64,000 nt of DNA from an uncultured Candidatus Actinomarina sp. (GTDB lineage: Bacteria > Actinomycetota > Acidimicrobiia > Actinomarinales > Actinomarinaceae): assembly GCA_902596545.1 (NCBI GenBank), contig CACJUH010000002.1, positions 91,881-155,880 on the forward strand, in the 5' to 3' direction. The notes beneath the pieces are model-generated. The model worked only from the letters and a program-made list of their open reading frames with translations. It made no database searches and had not been told where the DNA came from. The position numbers were made by a program, and so were the translations under genes. Position 1 is the stretch's first letter. The number at the start of each line of letters is the position of its first letter. This document shows positions 48,426 through 58,461 of the stretch, one piece after another.

Positions 48426-50732
48426 ATGTCGATTGATAATGTAAAAGTTGATATTGGTAAAGCAGAGATTGGATTTGAAACAGGTAAATTAGCTCTGCAA
48501 GCACCTGGTTCAGTAGTAGTTACTTCAGGTAACACAACAGTTTTAGTCACAACAGTTGCTAATAAAAGTGTTAGAGATGGAATTGATTTTTTTCCTTTGA
48601 CAGTAGATGTAGAAGAGAGAATGTATTCCGCTGGAAAAATTCCTGGAGGATTTTTCAGAAGAGAGGGAAGGCAAACAGAGAAAGCTATATTAGCATGTCG
48701 TCTAATAGACAGACCACTTCGACCTTCCTTTAAAGATGGATTTAGATGTGAAACCCAAATTATCGCAACAGTTTTGAGTGTTGATAATGAAAATGAATAC
48801 GATATTTTAGCGCTTAATGCTGCATCATTAGGTCTACAACTTGCAGGAGTTCCACTTGAGTCAGCAGTTGGAGCAGTAAGAATGTCTTTAATCAATGACA
48901 ACTGGGTAGTTCAGGCTACAAATTCTGAATTGGAAGATTCAGTATTCGATATGGTTGTCGCAGGAAGTTTAAATCCTAAAGGTGAAATAGATATTGTAAT
49001 GGTTGAAGCAGGTGCAACAGACAATGCCTTTGCCAAAATTGATGAAGGCAGTGCAGCACCTTCAGAAAATATTGTTGCAGATGGTATTGATATGTCTAAG
49101 GAATTTATTTCGAAATTAATAGAAGCTCAAAAAGAATTAGTTGCTAAGAGAGATGTACCTGAGATCGAATGGCCTATTATTGAAGATTACTCAGAAGAAC
49201 TAAAGTCACAAATTAGTGAAGCTTTTGGCTCAGATATTGAAACAGCAATGGCTATAACAGATAGAGCTGAAAGAAGTGAAAAACAAAGTGAGCTTCAAGA
49301 GCAAGCTGTAGAGAAGTTCTTAGATGAAGAAGATGACAATACTAAAGCAATTAAATTAGCTTTTAAGTCAATCGTTAAAAACACAGTTAGAGATAGAGTT
49401 TTAAGTGGTGGTGCTAGATTAGATGGAAGAACCCCAACTGATATTAGAAATATATCTGCTGAGATAAACTTACTCCCAACTGTTCATGGTTCTTCATTAT
49501 TTTTAAGAGGAGAAACACAGGTTTTGAATGTTACAACTTTAGGTATGTCAAGGCTTGAACAAATGCTAGATACTATTGATACAGTAACATCAAAAAGATA
49601 TATGCATCATTATAATTTCCCTCCATATTCAACTGGAGAAGCTTATCCAATGAGAGGTCCAAAGAGGAGAGAGATTGGACACGGTGCATTAGCCGAGAAA
49701 GCATTAGTACCTGTTGTTCCACCAAAAGTTGACTTTCCATACACCATTAGAGTTGTAAGTGAAGCAATTTCATCCAATGGATCTACTTCTCAAGCTTCTG
49801 TGTGTGCATCTAGCTTGTCGCTAATGGCTGCAGGTGTTCCTATCAGAGAACATGTTGCAGGTATTGCTATGGGATTAATTTCTAAAGATGACACCTACGT
49901 TACACTTACGGATATATTGGGTGCGGAAGATGCTCTTGGAGATATGGACTTTAAAGTTGCAGGAACAAGAAATGTGATAACTGCATTGCAATTAGATATG
50001 AAAATTGAAGGTCTTCCTGCAGATGTATTAAGAAAAGCATTAAATCAAGCTATGGATGCGAGACATCATATTCTTGACATTATGGAGGATACAATTGCTG
50101 AACCTGCAGAAAGTCTTTCTGGTAATGCACCAAGACTTGAAACTATTGAATTACCAAAAGATAAAATTGGTGAAGTTATCGGTCCAAAGGGAAAGAATAT
50201 CAAGAAAATTGAAGAAGAAACAGGATGTTCTGTAGAAATTGATGATGATGGTATTTTAACTTTAGGTTCAACAGAAGAGGGAGCTATAGCTGCTGGTAAA
50301 GAAATGGTAATGATGATTATTGATCCTCCAGAAGCTGAAGTTGGTGCTGAATACGATGGTGAAATAGTTAGCGTTGCTACTTATGGTGCTTTTGTAAATA
50401 TATTGCCAGGTAGAGATGGTCTATTACATGTGTCAAAATTTCATTCATCAAAACGTGTAAATAATACAGAAGCTGTTGTTTCAGTAGGAGATAAGGTAAA
50501 AGTCAAAGTAGATTCCATTGAAAATGGTAAAGTAAGTCTTTCACCTGTCGAAGATCTTGAAGTACCTGATGATGCTGTAGGCGATGGGAATAATAAATCT
50601 AATGATCGAAGGCCTCCAAGAAACAAATCCAATAATAGAAATAACAGAGGCGAGAGAAAACCTAAAAATGGTGGCAAGTCTTCAAATCGAAAAAGAGTTT
50701 CATTTGAGGATGAATTTGAAAAGGGGATTTAA
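48426..50732 (+). CDS. pnp: polyribonucleotide nucleotidyltransferase
   Basis: FFPLTVD, RLIDRPLRP, RREIGHG, SNGSTS, GDMDFKVAG, KH and S1 domains. Confidence 0.98.
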   Translation: MSIDNVKVDIGKAEIGFETGKLALQAPGSVVVTSGNTTVLVTTVANKSVRDGIDFFPLTVDVEERMYSAGKIPGGFFRREGRQTEKAILACRLIDRPLRPSFKDGFRCETQIIATVLSVDNENEYDILALNAASLGLQLAGVPLESAVGAVRMSLINDNWVVQATNSELEDSVFDMVVAGSLNPKGEIDIVMVEAGATDNAFAKIDEGSAAPSENIVADGIDMSKEFISKLIEAQKELVAKRDVPEIEWPIIEDYSEELKSQISEAFGSDIETAMAITDRAERSEKQSELQEQAVEKFLDEEDDNTKAIKLAFKSIVKNTVRDRVLSGGARLDGRTPTDIRNISAEINLLPTVHGSSLFLRGETQVLNVTTLGMSRLEQMLDTIDTVTSKRYMHHYNFPPYSTGEAYPMRGPKRREIGHGALAEKALVPVVPPKVDFPYTIRVVSEAISSNGSTSQASVCASSLSLMAAGVPIREHVAGIAMGLISKDDTYVTLTDILGAEDALGDMDFKVAGTRNVITALQLDMKIEGLPADVLRKALNQAMDARHHILDIMEDTIAEPAESLSGNAPRLETIELPKDKIGEVIGPKGKNIKKIEEETGCSVEIDDDGILTLGSTEEGAIAAGKEMVMMIIDPPEAEVGAEYDGEIVSVATYGAFVNILPGRDGLLHVSKFHSSKRVNNTEAVVSVGDKVKVKVDSIENGKVSLSPVEDLEVPDDAVGDGNNKSNDRRPPRNKSNNRNNRGERKPKNGGKSSNRKRVSFEDEFEKGI

Positions 50733-50733
50733 G

Positions 50734-51249
50734 CTACTTTCTATTTCCAGTTAATTTTGTCGGACTTGTAGGTTCTGTTGTTAGGTATGCTTCTGGGCAA
50801 ACTTTTTCAACTAAATTAATAACTTTTTTAAGTTTTTTTCTAGGTGTAACGCACCACAATATAGAAACTTCACCTTGCATTCCTTCTCCATTAATTACTG
50901 TTACGCCAAAACCAGCATCTCTTAATTCATTAGATAATTTCACACTTTCATCTGTTTCGGAAGTGAATATTCTTACGACTACATCACCAATAGCTATTGA
51001 TGATTCTATGTAAGATCCCACAATAGTTCCTGCAGCAAACCCTAGTGCATAACCAAAAATTAAAAGTGGATCATTTAGATCTTGAATAACTCTTGAAATT
51101 GCAACAACCCAAATTGCTGATTCAACAAACCCTAGAATTGCACCTAAACCTGGCCTACCTTTATTGACATATAGCAACCTAAGAGTTCCCAGTGTTTGGT
51201 CTAATAATCTAAGTAAAAAGATTGATAATGCAGCAATGATAATGTTCAT
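50734..51249 (-). CDS. DUF5698/DUF2179 (YebE-like) membrane protein
   Basis: LGTLR, GFVE..IW, YALGFAAG..VG, GFGVTVINGEG. Confidence 0.8.
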   Translation of the reverse strand: MNIIIAALSIFLLRLLDQTLGTLRLLYVNKGRPGLGAILGFVESAIWVVAISRVIQDLNDPLLIFGYALGFAAGTIVGSYIESSIAIGDVVVRIFTSETDESVKLSNELRDAGFGVTVINGEGMQGEVSILWCVTPRKKLKKVINLVEKVCPEAYLTTEPTSPTKLTGNRK

Positions 51250-51270
51250 AATTTTATTGTAAGTTTTTAA

Positions 51271-52002
51271 TTATTTTATCGAAGCAGTTAATTCTTTATA
51301 TACTTTTGACATTCTCTCTTGAGTATCAAATACTAATTGATCAATTGATTCTTTTGAATATTGTGAAACATCAATTGGTTCTAAAGTATTGATGATAGCT
51401 TTACCGCTTTTCATGAACTTACTACCTCTTGGCCATATGTCGCCTGTTCCTGCAATTACAACTGGGAGTATTGGTATATTGTTATCTAGAGCTATATGGA
51501 ATGCACCACTTTTAAATGGTAAAAAATTATCTGCTTTGGCTCTAGTGCCTTGCGGATAAACCATCAGAGACCAACCATTTTTAAATAGCACTTTTGCTTG
51601 TTCATTTATGCTTTTACGATCATTTTTGTCTGATCTGTCAACCTTAATAAAATTAAATGATTTTGCTGCAGTCCTAAAGAAGGGGAGTTTATACACTTCT
51701 TTTTTAGCCATAAACACCCACTTAATTTTAAGATATCTGAATTGCATCATTGGGTCTAAATTAGATAAGTGATTTGATATCACGACATATGGTTGATTTT
51801 TTTTATAGTCGTAATTTTTAATCAATGTTACTTTCGATCTTGCAGCCCACATCCAAGGAATCGTCCAGCTTTGAGCTATATAGTATTTAGCTTTTGTAAA
51901 TTTATTAAAAAGACCTACAAACCAAATTGAGTAGGCAACCGGAATTGTGTAAATACCCATGATTAATAAATTGAACCATGTAAGTAATTTGTTCTTCAAC
52001 AT
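51271..52002 (-). CDS. plsC: 1-acyl-sn-glycerol-3-phosphate acyltransferase
   Basis: NHLSNLD, AKKE, YPQGTR, FKSGAF. Confidence 0.88.
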   Translation of the reverse strand: MLKNKLLTWFNLLIMGIYTIPVAYSIWFVGLFNKFTKAKYYIAQSWTIPWMWAARSKVTLIKNYDYKKNQPYVVISNHLSNLDPMMQFRYLKIKWVFMAKKEVYKLPFFRTAAKSFNFIKVDRSDKNDRKSINEQAKVLFKNGWSLMVYPQGTRAKADNFLPFKSGAFHIALDNNIPILPVVIAGTGDIWPRGSKFMKSGKAIINTLEPIDVSQYSKESIDQLVFDTQERMSKVYKELTASIK

Positions 52003-52040
52003 GTTGTAAGTGTAATGTAGAACTATCTAGATAATAAATT

Positions 52041-52553
52041 ATGTTAGAAAAAAGTGAATTAAGAACGAAACTAAAAAAAATTTCAATGGTCAATGCTGAT
52101 TATTCTCAGATGGTTATTGATAACCTACAAAATGTAATCAAAGATAAGGTTGTCTGTACTTATATACCTCTTGAAAATGAGCTTAACATAAATATGCATC
52201 TGAAGGGTCAGTCAGTTTTAGCAACTACATGCCATCAAGAAGGGGAAATGCAAATATGCATTTATAATGGTCCACTCGAGAAAAACATCTTTAATGTTTT
52301 TCAGCCTATTAATTTAAAAATAATTGATAAAGTAGATATTTTTCTAGTTCCTGGAATAGGTTTTGATAAAAAAGGTACTAGGCTTGGCAGGGGTAGGGGT
52401 ATATATGATCAGTTTTTATCTCGACATTTAAATGCAACATTTATTGGTATTACAGATAAAAATCATTTAGTAAATGAAATTCCATCTGAAAGTCATGATA
52501 TTAAAATGCACATTTTGATAACTCATGATGAATTTATTCAAGTAGATTTATAG
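52041..52553 (+). CDS. 5-formyltetrahydrofolate cyclo-ligase
   Basis: KSELR, VPGIGFD..G.RLGRGRGIYD, HDI. Confidence 0.88.
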   Translation: MLEKSELRTKLKKISMVNADYSQMVIDNLQNVIKDKVVCTYIPLENELNINMHLKGQSVLATTCHQEGEMQICIYNGPLEKNIFNVFQPINLKIIDKVDIFLVPGIGFDKKGTRLGRGRGIYDQFLSRHLNATFIGITDKNHLVNEIPSESHDIKMHILITHDEFIQVDL

Positions 52554-52565
52554 TATCCTATAAAT

Positions 52566-53606
52566 ATGGAAGTAAGTGTAAATGTTGGGTATTTTGGACC
52601 TCATATATCGAGTGAAAAATCCTTAATTAAAGAATTAGATGAAATAGGGATATCTTGCATCTGGACAGCTGAAGCTTATGGTTATGATGCAGTCACCCCA
52701 CTTTCATATTTTGCTGCATTAACAGAAAAAATAAACCTAGGTTCTGGCATCATGCAAATTCCTGGTAGGTCTCCTGCAATGACTGCAATGACAGCAGCTA
52801 CTTTAGATAAACTCTCAGGTGGAAGGTTTAGACTGGGGATTGGGGTCTCAGGTCCTCAAGTTGTTGAAGGTTGGCATGGTGTCGCTTATGGTAAACCATT
52901 AAAGAAGACAAGAGAATATGTTCAAATAGTTAGGGATATATTACGAAGAGAAGGTAAAACATCTTTTGAAGGAGAGTATTACAACTTACCATACAATGGA
53001 GATGATGCTTCTGGCTTAGGAAAGCCATTAAAGCTGATTGAGCAACCTTTAAGAAACGTCATTCCAATATATCTTGCAGCTATTGGCCCAAAAAATATTG
53101 AACTAACAGCTGAGATTGCAGATGGGTGGCTTCCTTTCATGTATTCACCAACCCTTGGGGATAAATTTTTTAATCAATTTTTAGAAAAAGGTTTTGAAAA
53201 ATCAGGTGATGCAAACAAAAAAGAAAAATTTCAAATATCAGCTCCAGTATTTGCAAAAGTTTGTGATGAATCCGAAAGGGATGCATATCTCGCACCTGCA
53301 AGAAACAATTACACACTGTATGTTGGTGGTATGGGAGCAAAAGATAAAAACTTTTATTTTAATTTGATGTGTGAATATGGCTATGAGGAAATCGCTACAC
53401 AGATTCAGGAATTGTATCTAAAAGGTGAAAAAGCAGAAGCAGAATCAATTTTTCCTGATGAATTGCTTGATGACTTAACCCTTGTTGGTTCTAAAGAACG
53501 AATAAAAGAAAAGCTTGAAGACTGGAAGAACTGTAACGTTACTGAACTGTCTATAGCAATACCGTTAGATATAGAAACTATAAAATTTATTAAAAGTTGT
53601 TTTTAA
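52566..53606 (+). CDS. LLM-class F420-dependent oxidoreductase
   Basis: WTAEAYG.DA, LSGGRFRLGIGVSGPQVVEGWHG, IYLAAIGPKN, YVGGMGA. Confidence 0.9.
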   Translation: MEVSVNVGYFGPHISSEKSLIKELDEIGISCIWTAEAYGYDAVTPLSYFAALTEKINLGSGIMQIPGRSPAMTAMTAATLDKLSGGRFRLGIGVSGPQVVEGWHGVAYGKPLKKTREYVQIVRDILRREGKTSFEGEYYNLPYNGDDASGLGKPLKLIEQPLRNVIPIYLAAIGPKNIELTAEIADGWLPFMYSPTLGDKFFNQFLEKGFEKSGDANKKEKFQISAPVFAKVCDESERDAYLAPARNNYTLYVGGMGAKDKNFYFNLMCEYGYEEIATQIQELYLKGEKAEAESIFPDELLDDLTLVGSKERIKEKLEDWKNCNVTELSIAIPLDIETIKFIKSCF

Positions 53607-54116
53607 ATGGATGATCTGACACCAGAAAGTATTAATGTAGCAACTTGGAAGATTCCTAGTCCATTAGGCATAATTGGAAGTCACGCTAATGGAGAGTTCA
53701 ATGGTATGACTGCAAGTTGGATAACCCAAGTTAGTATGGACCCACCATTGATCGGTGTAGGTATAGATAATAAAAGTGTTACTTTTAATTTAATGAATCA
53801 AAGTGATTTTTTTACCATCAACATGTTTTCACCTGAGTACACAAAAGTTTTTGTAAAATTTTCTAAACCTGCAGAATATTCAGAAGGCTATTTAAATAAA
53901 GAGCCAATTACTTTAACTGAAAATTCAGTTCCAATATTTGATAATGCAACTGTTTGGTTAGAACTTAAAACCGAGCAAAAAATAGATTTTGGCACCCATA
54001 CGTTGTTTGTTGGTGAAATCATTAATTGTAAAACATTAACACCTGAAGAAAGAGTAGCGTACATGGGGGATACACGCATGAAGTACGGGGGAGTTCCTCG
54101 AGGAGGGCACGAATAA
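53607..54116 (+). CDS. flavin reductase family protein
   Basis: NGMTASW.TQVSMDPP, GTHTLFVGEI. Confidence 0.88.
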   Translation: MDDLTPESINVATWKIPSPLGIIGSHANGEFNGMTASWITQVSMDPPLIGVGIDNKSVTFNLMNQSDFFTINMFSPEYTKVFVKFSKPAEYSEGYLNKEPITLTENSVPIFDNATVWLELKTEQKIDFGTHTLFVGEIINCKTLTPEERVAYMGDTRMKYGGVPRGGHE

Positions 54117-54120
54117 GTAG

Positions 54121-54819
54121 GTGAAGAAATATATCTACTTATTGATTTCAAATATTTCTTTATTTATTGTATTTCCTCTTATTCGATTAATAAGTAAATC
54201 ATTCTATGAAAAAAAGATACTGCCTTATGTTCTCAACTTAACATGCAATTCAAGGCCGATAGACTACCAAAGAAAAAAGGTTATTCCTGAAGCAAGCGGT
54301 AAAGTCTTAGAGATAGGAATAGGGCCTGGATCAAATCTAAAACATTATGATAATCAAAAAGTAATAAGTATCTTAGGCATTGATCCGTCAGAAGAACTAA
54401 ATCAAATTGCACAAAAACGAGCAAAGAAGAATAACTTAAATGTTGAATTCTTAATTGAATCTGCAAGTAGTTTATCAGTAGAAAGTGATTCTATTGATAC
54501 TGTAGTAAGCACTTATGCATTATGTTCTATTCCAGAACCGCAAAAAACTCTTCATGAAATTAAAAGAGTTTTAAAGGATGACGGTGTATTTATATTTAGT
54601 GAACATGGATTATCGCCCAACAAAAGAGTTTCATTTATACAAAATATAACTGACTTCTTTTATCCTAAAATAGCTGGCGGTTGCCACACTAACAGAAATA
54701 TTGAACAATTAATTTCAGATAGTGGTTTTCAATTTCTTGATTTAAATAATATATATCTTCCTGGAACTCAAAAATTTCTTGGTTACAACTACTGGGGCAA
54801 GGCAAAGGTTAGTTCTTAG
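54121..54819 (+). CDS. class I SAM-dependent methyltransferase
   Basis: VLEIGIGPGSN, DTVVSTYALCSI, EHG, GGCH.NR. Confidence 0.88.
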   Translation: MKKYIYLLISNISLFIVFPLIRLISKSFYEKKILPYVLNLTCNSRPIDYQRKKVIPEASGKVLEIGIGPGSNLKHYDNQKVISILGIDPSEELNQIAQKRAKKNNLNVEFLIESASSLSVESDSIDTVVSTYALCSIPEPQKTLHEIKRVLKDDGVFIFSEHGLSPNKRVSFIQNITDFFYPKIAGGCHTNRNIEQLISDSGFQFLDLNNIYLPGTQKFLGYNYWGKAKVSS

Positions 54820-55708
54820 CAACAGTCAATATTGCTTCAATACAGTCTTCTGGGTTATCTTCTTGGACAAAATGTCCACCTTGAATAGTCTTGTGCGGTT
54901 GATTTTCACAACCGGGAACATTTTTAGTAAATGCTTTATCAACACCTTTGAATACATGATCTTGTTCACTAAAAACACATAAAAAAGGTTTGTCCCATTT
55001 TTTTAATTCTTTCCATGCGTTTCTGTTAATTTCTGAACTTGGATCATCTGGTGTAACAGGTACTAACATTGGAAACTGTCTTGCAGCTTCTTTATATGAC
55101 TCATCTGGAAACGGTGCGTTATAAGCATCGATTACATATTGCTCTAGACCGTTGACGGTACCACCTTTTACAATTCCTCCAGCATGGAAATTTTCTACTG
55201 TCTGGGAGTAACTTTTCCAGCTTTCAAATGCTTCACCCGGTGGTACATCACCTGTTGGTAGTCCAGTATTACTTAAAACTACACTATCAAATTTATCTTG
55301 ATTTTCTACAACAAGTCTTAAGCCGATTAATCCACCCCAGTCTTGTCCAAACAGAGTTATATTGTTTAGATTTAAATCCCGTAGCCAAGCATTCATCCAC
55401 GCTACATATTTTTCATATGTGTAAGCCGTTCTTTCAGATAGTTTGTCTGACTTACCAAAACCAGGAAGATCTGGAACAATAACCCTTAAATTATTCTCAA
55501 CTAAAGGATCAATAAATTTTCTATAGATATAACCCCAGTCAGGTTCTCCATGAAGTAATAGTACGGTTTTATCATTTTCTGATCCCTCATCTATATAATG
55601 AATTCTTAAATCTCCGTACTCAGTATTTAATGTGTAGAAATATTCTTTATAATCCCATTCTTTAATGTCTTCAAAATCTGAAGGGCTGTTTTGTAGTATA
55701 TTTACCAT
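54809..55708 (-). CDS. haloalkane dehalogenase
   Basis: LLHGEPDW, PDLPGFGKSDK, GQDWGGLIG, AYNAPFP, GHFVQED. Confidence 0.85.
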   Translation of the reverse strand: MVNILQNSPSDFEDIKEWDYKEYFYTLNTEYGDLRIHYIDEGSENDKTVLLLHGEPDWGYIYRKFIDPLVENNLRVIVPDLPGFGKSDKLSERTAYTYEKYVAWMNAWLRDLNLNNITLFGQDWGGLIGLRLVVENQDKFDSVVLSNTGLPTGDVPPGEAFESWKSYSQTVENFHAGGIVKGGTVNGLEQYVIDAYNAPFPDESYKEAARQFPMLVPVTPDDPSSEINRNAWKELKKWDKPFLCVFSEQDHVFKGVDKAFTKNVPGCENQPHKTIQGGHFVQEDNPEDCIEAILTVAKN

Positions 55709-55717
55709 ACTTTTATT

Positions 55718-56233
55718 TTACAGATTATGAATGACGTTTGTTACAACACCCCAAACAAATGCTTCACTTTCATCTGCAATGATAATTGGATCAAACGCTT
55801 CATTTTCTGGTTCTAAAATGATTCTTTTACCTTTTTTACGATATCTTTTCACTGTAAGTTCATTATCTACAACAGCAATAACTACTTTTCCATCTTCAGC
55901 TTTTAAGCTTCTATCTACAACTAAGATATCGTCTGGAAATATTCCAGCATTGATCATTGATTCTCCAGAAGCTCTTACTAAAAATGTTGATGCAGGATGC
56001 TTTACTAAATATTGATTTAAATCTATTTTGTCTTCTAAATAGTCGTCTGCAGGGGATGGGAATCCAGCTGCAACTTTATTACTATACATTGGTACTTCAT
56101 ACAGCCCTTTGTTGATGACCTCAGAGATATACTTAACCTTGCTTACAGGAATACGAACAGCTTTTGTCTGCTCTCCATACTTGCCTTGACCTTTTGGTCT
56201 ACCGGCTCCTTTTCTTGCTCCACCTCGTGGCAT
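55718..56233 (-). CDS. umuD: UmuD/LexA-family S24 self-cleaving protein with a UmuDAb-like N-terminal extension
   Basis: VAAGFPSPA cleavage site, GESM (Ser), TVKR (Lys), WGVV; N-terminus GGARKGAGRPK..TKAVRIP. Confidence 0.9.
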   Translation of the reverse strand: MPRGGARKGAGRPKGQGKYGEQTKAVRIPVSKVKYISEVINKGLYEVPMYSNKVAAGFPSPADDYLEDKIDLNQYLVKHPASTFLVRASGESMINAGIFPDDILVVDRSLKAEDGKVVIAVVDNELTVKRYRKKGKRIILEPENEAFDPIIIADESEAFVWGVVTNVIHNL

Positions 56234-56256
56234 AAAAATGTCTTTCTTTTTTCTTA

Positions 56257-56274
56257 GAATAGTGTACAGTATTC
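56257..56274. promoter_or_regulatory. 18-bp near-palindrome between divergent umuD and umuC (putative operator)
   Basis: GAATAGTGTACAGTATTC; 8 of 9 symmetric pairs match. It overlaps TAGAAT (+) and TACACT (-) -10-like hexamers. Confidence 0.6.
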
Positions 56275-56288
56275 AAAGGAGTAAGTAA

Positions 56289-57554
56289 GTGAATAATAAA
56301 ATTTTTGCCCTAGTGGACTGTAATAACTTTTATGCGTCTTGTGAGAGAGTATTCAACCCAAAGCTAGAAGGAAAGCCCATTGTTGTTTTGTCTAACAATG
56401 ATGGATGTGTTGTTGCTAGATCAAACGAAGCAAAAGCTTTAGGCATACCGATGGGAGCCCCGTACTTTAAATACAAACAACTTATCAATAGAAACAAAGT
56501 TCATGTATTTTCATCAAACTACACTTTTTATGGTGATATGTCGGCCAGAGTGATGACTTCACTGAAATCTCTTGCCAGCGATATAGAGATTTACTCTATT
56601 GATGAAGCGTTTCTCGATATCAGTAGCTTTTACTACTGTGACTTAGAAGAGACAGCTCAAGAGATACGAAGATTAATCAAACAGTGGACAGGGATTCCAG
56701 TTTCAATAGGCATAGGCCCAACAAAGACATTGGCAAAAGTAGCAAACAGACAAGCTAAAAAATACACACCATCTAATGTCTTCGACATACGAGATCAGAG
56801 TGTAAGAGATGAGATTTTAAAAGACCTACCACTTGAAGAGATTTGGGGAATCTCAACAAGATGGGGAAGAAGACTTCGAAGAATTGGAGTAGATACCGCT
56901 TATGATTTAACACAGGCAAATGCTCGTCATGTCAGAAAAACAATCAGCATTGTAGGGGAGAGGATACATCATGAGCTAAATGGGATTTCCTGTATTGGCA
57001 TAGAAGAGGTGAAGAATAAGAAAAACATCATATCCTCTAAGTCATTTGGTAGAAAAGTAATGCTAGTAAGTGAGTTAGAGGAAGCTGTTTCTAACTATGT
57101 TGCTAGAGCGTGTGAGAAGTTGAGAGCACAGGGTTCTAGAACACAAGGATTGTATGTATTTTTAAGAACCAGTCCATTTGTCGATCCAGAGAAAAGATAT
57201 AGCAACGGTATGAGTACATTTTTTTCAATACCAACAAGCAATACATCAAAGATTGTCAAAGAAGCAAAACATCTAACACGAAAACTCTTTGTCTACGGAT
57301 ATGAATACCAGAAAATTGGTGTAATGCTGTTAGATATTACTGACGCAGAGAACGAACAGTATAGTTTTTATGAATATGAGAATTACGATCAATCAGACCG
57401 TGTTATGAAGGTACTAGATGGCGTTAACAGCAGGTATGGATCAAGCACATTGACATTGGGAGCACAGGGTATAAAAAAAGACTGGAGAATGAAGTCGGAA
57501 AGAAAGTCTGCTGCTTACACAACAAATATGCTTCAAATACCAGTTGTGAAGTAA
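56289..57554 (+). CDS. umuC: Y-family DNA polymerase V catalytic subunit
   Basis: [37 protein letters not shown]-terminal W.MK....S..YTT. Confidence 0.93.
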   Translation: MNNKIFALVDCNNFYASCERVFNPKLEGKPIVVLSNNDGCVVARSNEAKALGIPMGAPYFKYKQLINRNKVHVFSSNYTFYGDMSARVMTSLKSLASDIEIYSIDEAFLDISSFYYCDLEETAQEIRRLIKQWTGIPVSIGIGPTKTLAKVANRQAKKYTPSNVFDIRDQSVRDEILKDLPLEEIWGISTRWGRRLRRIGVDTAYDLTQANARHVRKTISIVGERIHHELNGISCIGIEEVKNKKNIISSKSFGRKVMLVSELEEAVSNYVARACEKLRAQGSRTQGLYVFLRTSPFVDPEKRYSNGMSTFFSIPTSNTSKIVKEAKHLTRKLFVYGYEYQKIGVMLLDITDAENEQYSFYEYENYDQSDRVMKVLDGVNSRYGSSTLTLGAQGIKKDWRMKSERKSAAYTTNMLQIPVVK

Positions 57555-57588
57555 GAAAAGTGTGAAGTAATCTGTTTAAATTAAAGTT

Positions 57589-58455
57589 ATGGTTTTAGAG
57601 AATCCATATGCACACTCACTAGATGGTCTTGCAATAGAGGACCCAGTACAAAGCTTTTTTGATTACTGCAAGAAACGTGAGGCTGTGCGTGTAAAAAGAG
57701 AGTCAGGAGAAGCATATCCTTGGAGTGATGACCCGATTTTACAAAAAGGGCGTTTTTTAAATGTTTTTAGAGAGGATGACAAAGTAAGTAAATCCATTAT
57801 TAAATTTGCTGAACCAGTCAAAGAGGACTTACCTTTGTTAATCCAAGCTCTATTTTTTAGTCGGTGGTGCAACAGAGATTTAACTATTGATCAGTTAACG
57901 ATAAATGATTTAGATAATCCAGAAGCTTTAAAAGAGAGACTTCTTGGATTAGAGCAGTGGGATAATATCACAGCATACCCGGTAGAAGATTCCCATTGGA
58001 ATCAAAATTTATATAGCCGAATAGATGCAGCCACATACAAATTTTATGAAAAAAAAGATGAGTTAGCTGAAATAGTTTTAAATTCTAATAGAGATGTAAT
58101 TACTGCTACAAACAATGTAAATAAGCAATTTAGGATGAAAAATGACTTCCCAATATTCATGGCTTTGATAGATATTGCCTGGTTTAGAGAAGATGTTATA
58201 CCAATTACCACTGATGTTCCAACTGGCATTGGTGCAGAACCATATTTAGATAGGCTCCAAAATTTTCTTAATTTAAATACCCACCAAGATGTAGGCCTTA
58301 AAATGATAGAACTTCAAAAAGAATATTGGCCTGAAGCTAAAAGAGAGTTTTATCCTATTGACATAGAGTATCAATCTTGTGAATGCAGAAAGTACTTTAG
58401 CTATGTGAATGGTACAAAAAAATTTGAAGGAAAAAATCTTTTCTCCATGGAATGA
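57589..58455 (+). CDS. aGPT-Pplase / 5-hmdU DNA kinase helical-domain-like protein
   Basis: R....KRESG..YPWSDDPIL..RFLNVFREDDKVS and C-terminal DIEY..CE.RKY, recalled as signatures of this family. Confidence 0.6.
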   Translation: MVLENPYAHSLDGLAIEDPVQSFFDYCKKREAVRVKRESGEAYPWSDDPILQKGRFLNVFREDDKVSKSIIKFAEPVKEDLPLLIQALFFSRWCNRDLTIDQLTINDLDNPEALKERLLGLEQWDNITAYPVEDSHWNQNLYSRIDAATYKFYEKKDELAEIVLNSNRDVITATNNVNKQFRMKNDFPIFMALIDIAWFREDVIPITTDVPTGIGAEPYLDRLQNFLNLNTHQDVGLKMIELQKEYWPEAKREFYPIDIEYQSCECRKYFSYVNGTKKFEGKNLFSME

Positions 58456-58461
58456 AATTAT

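Noticed and set aside
42197-48901. Several 100-160 aa antisense ORFs within nusA, infB and pnp
   Set aside because: Typical reverse-frame shadows of highly conserved genes.
55718-58455. umuDC region as a prophage or ICE remnant
   Set aside because: No integrase, structural or transfer genes and no flanking direct repeats visible; kept only as a possible horizontally acquired islet.
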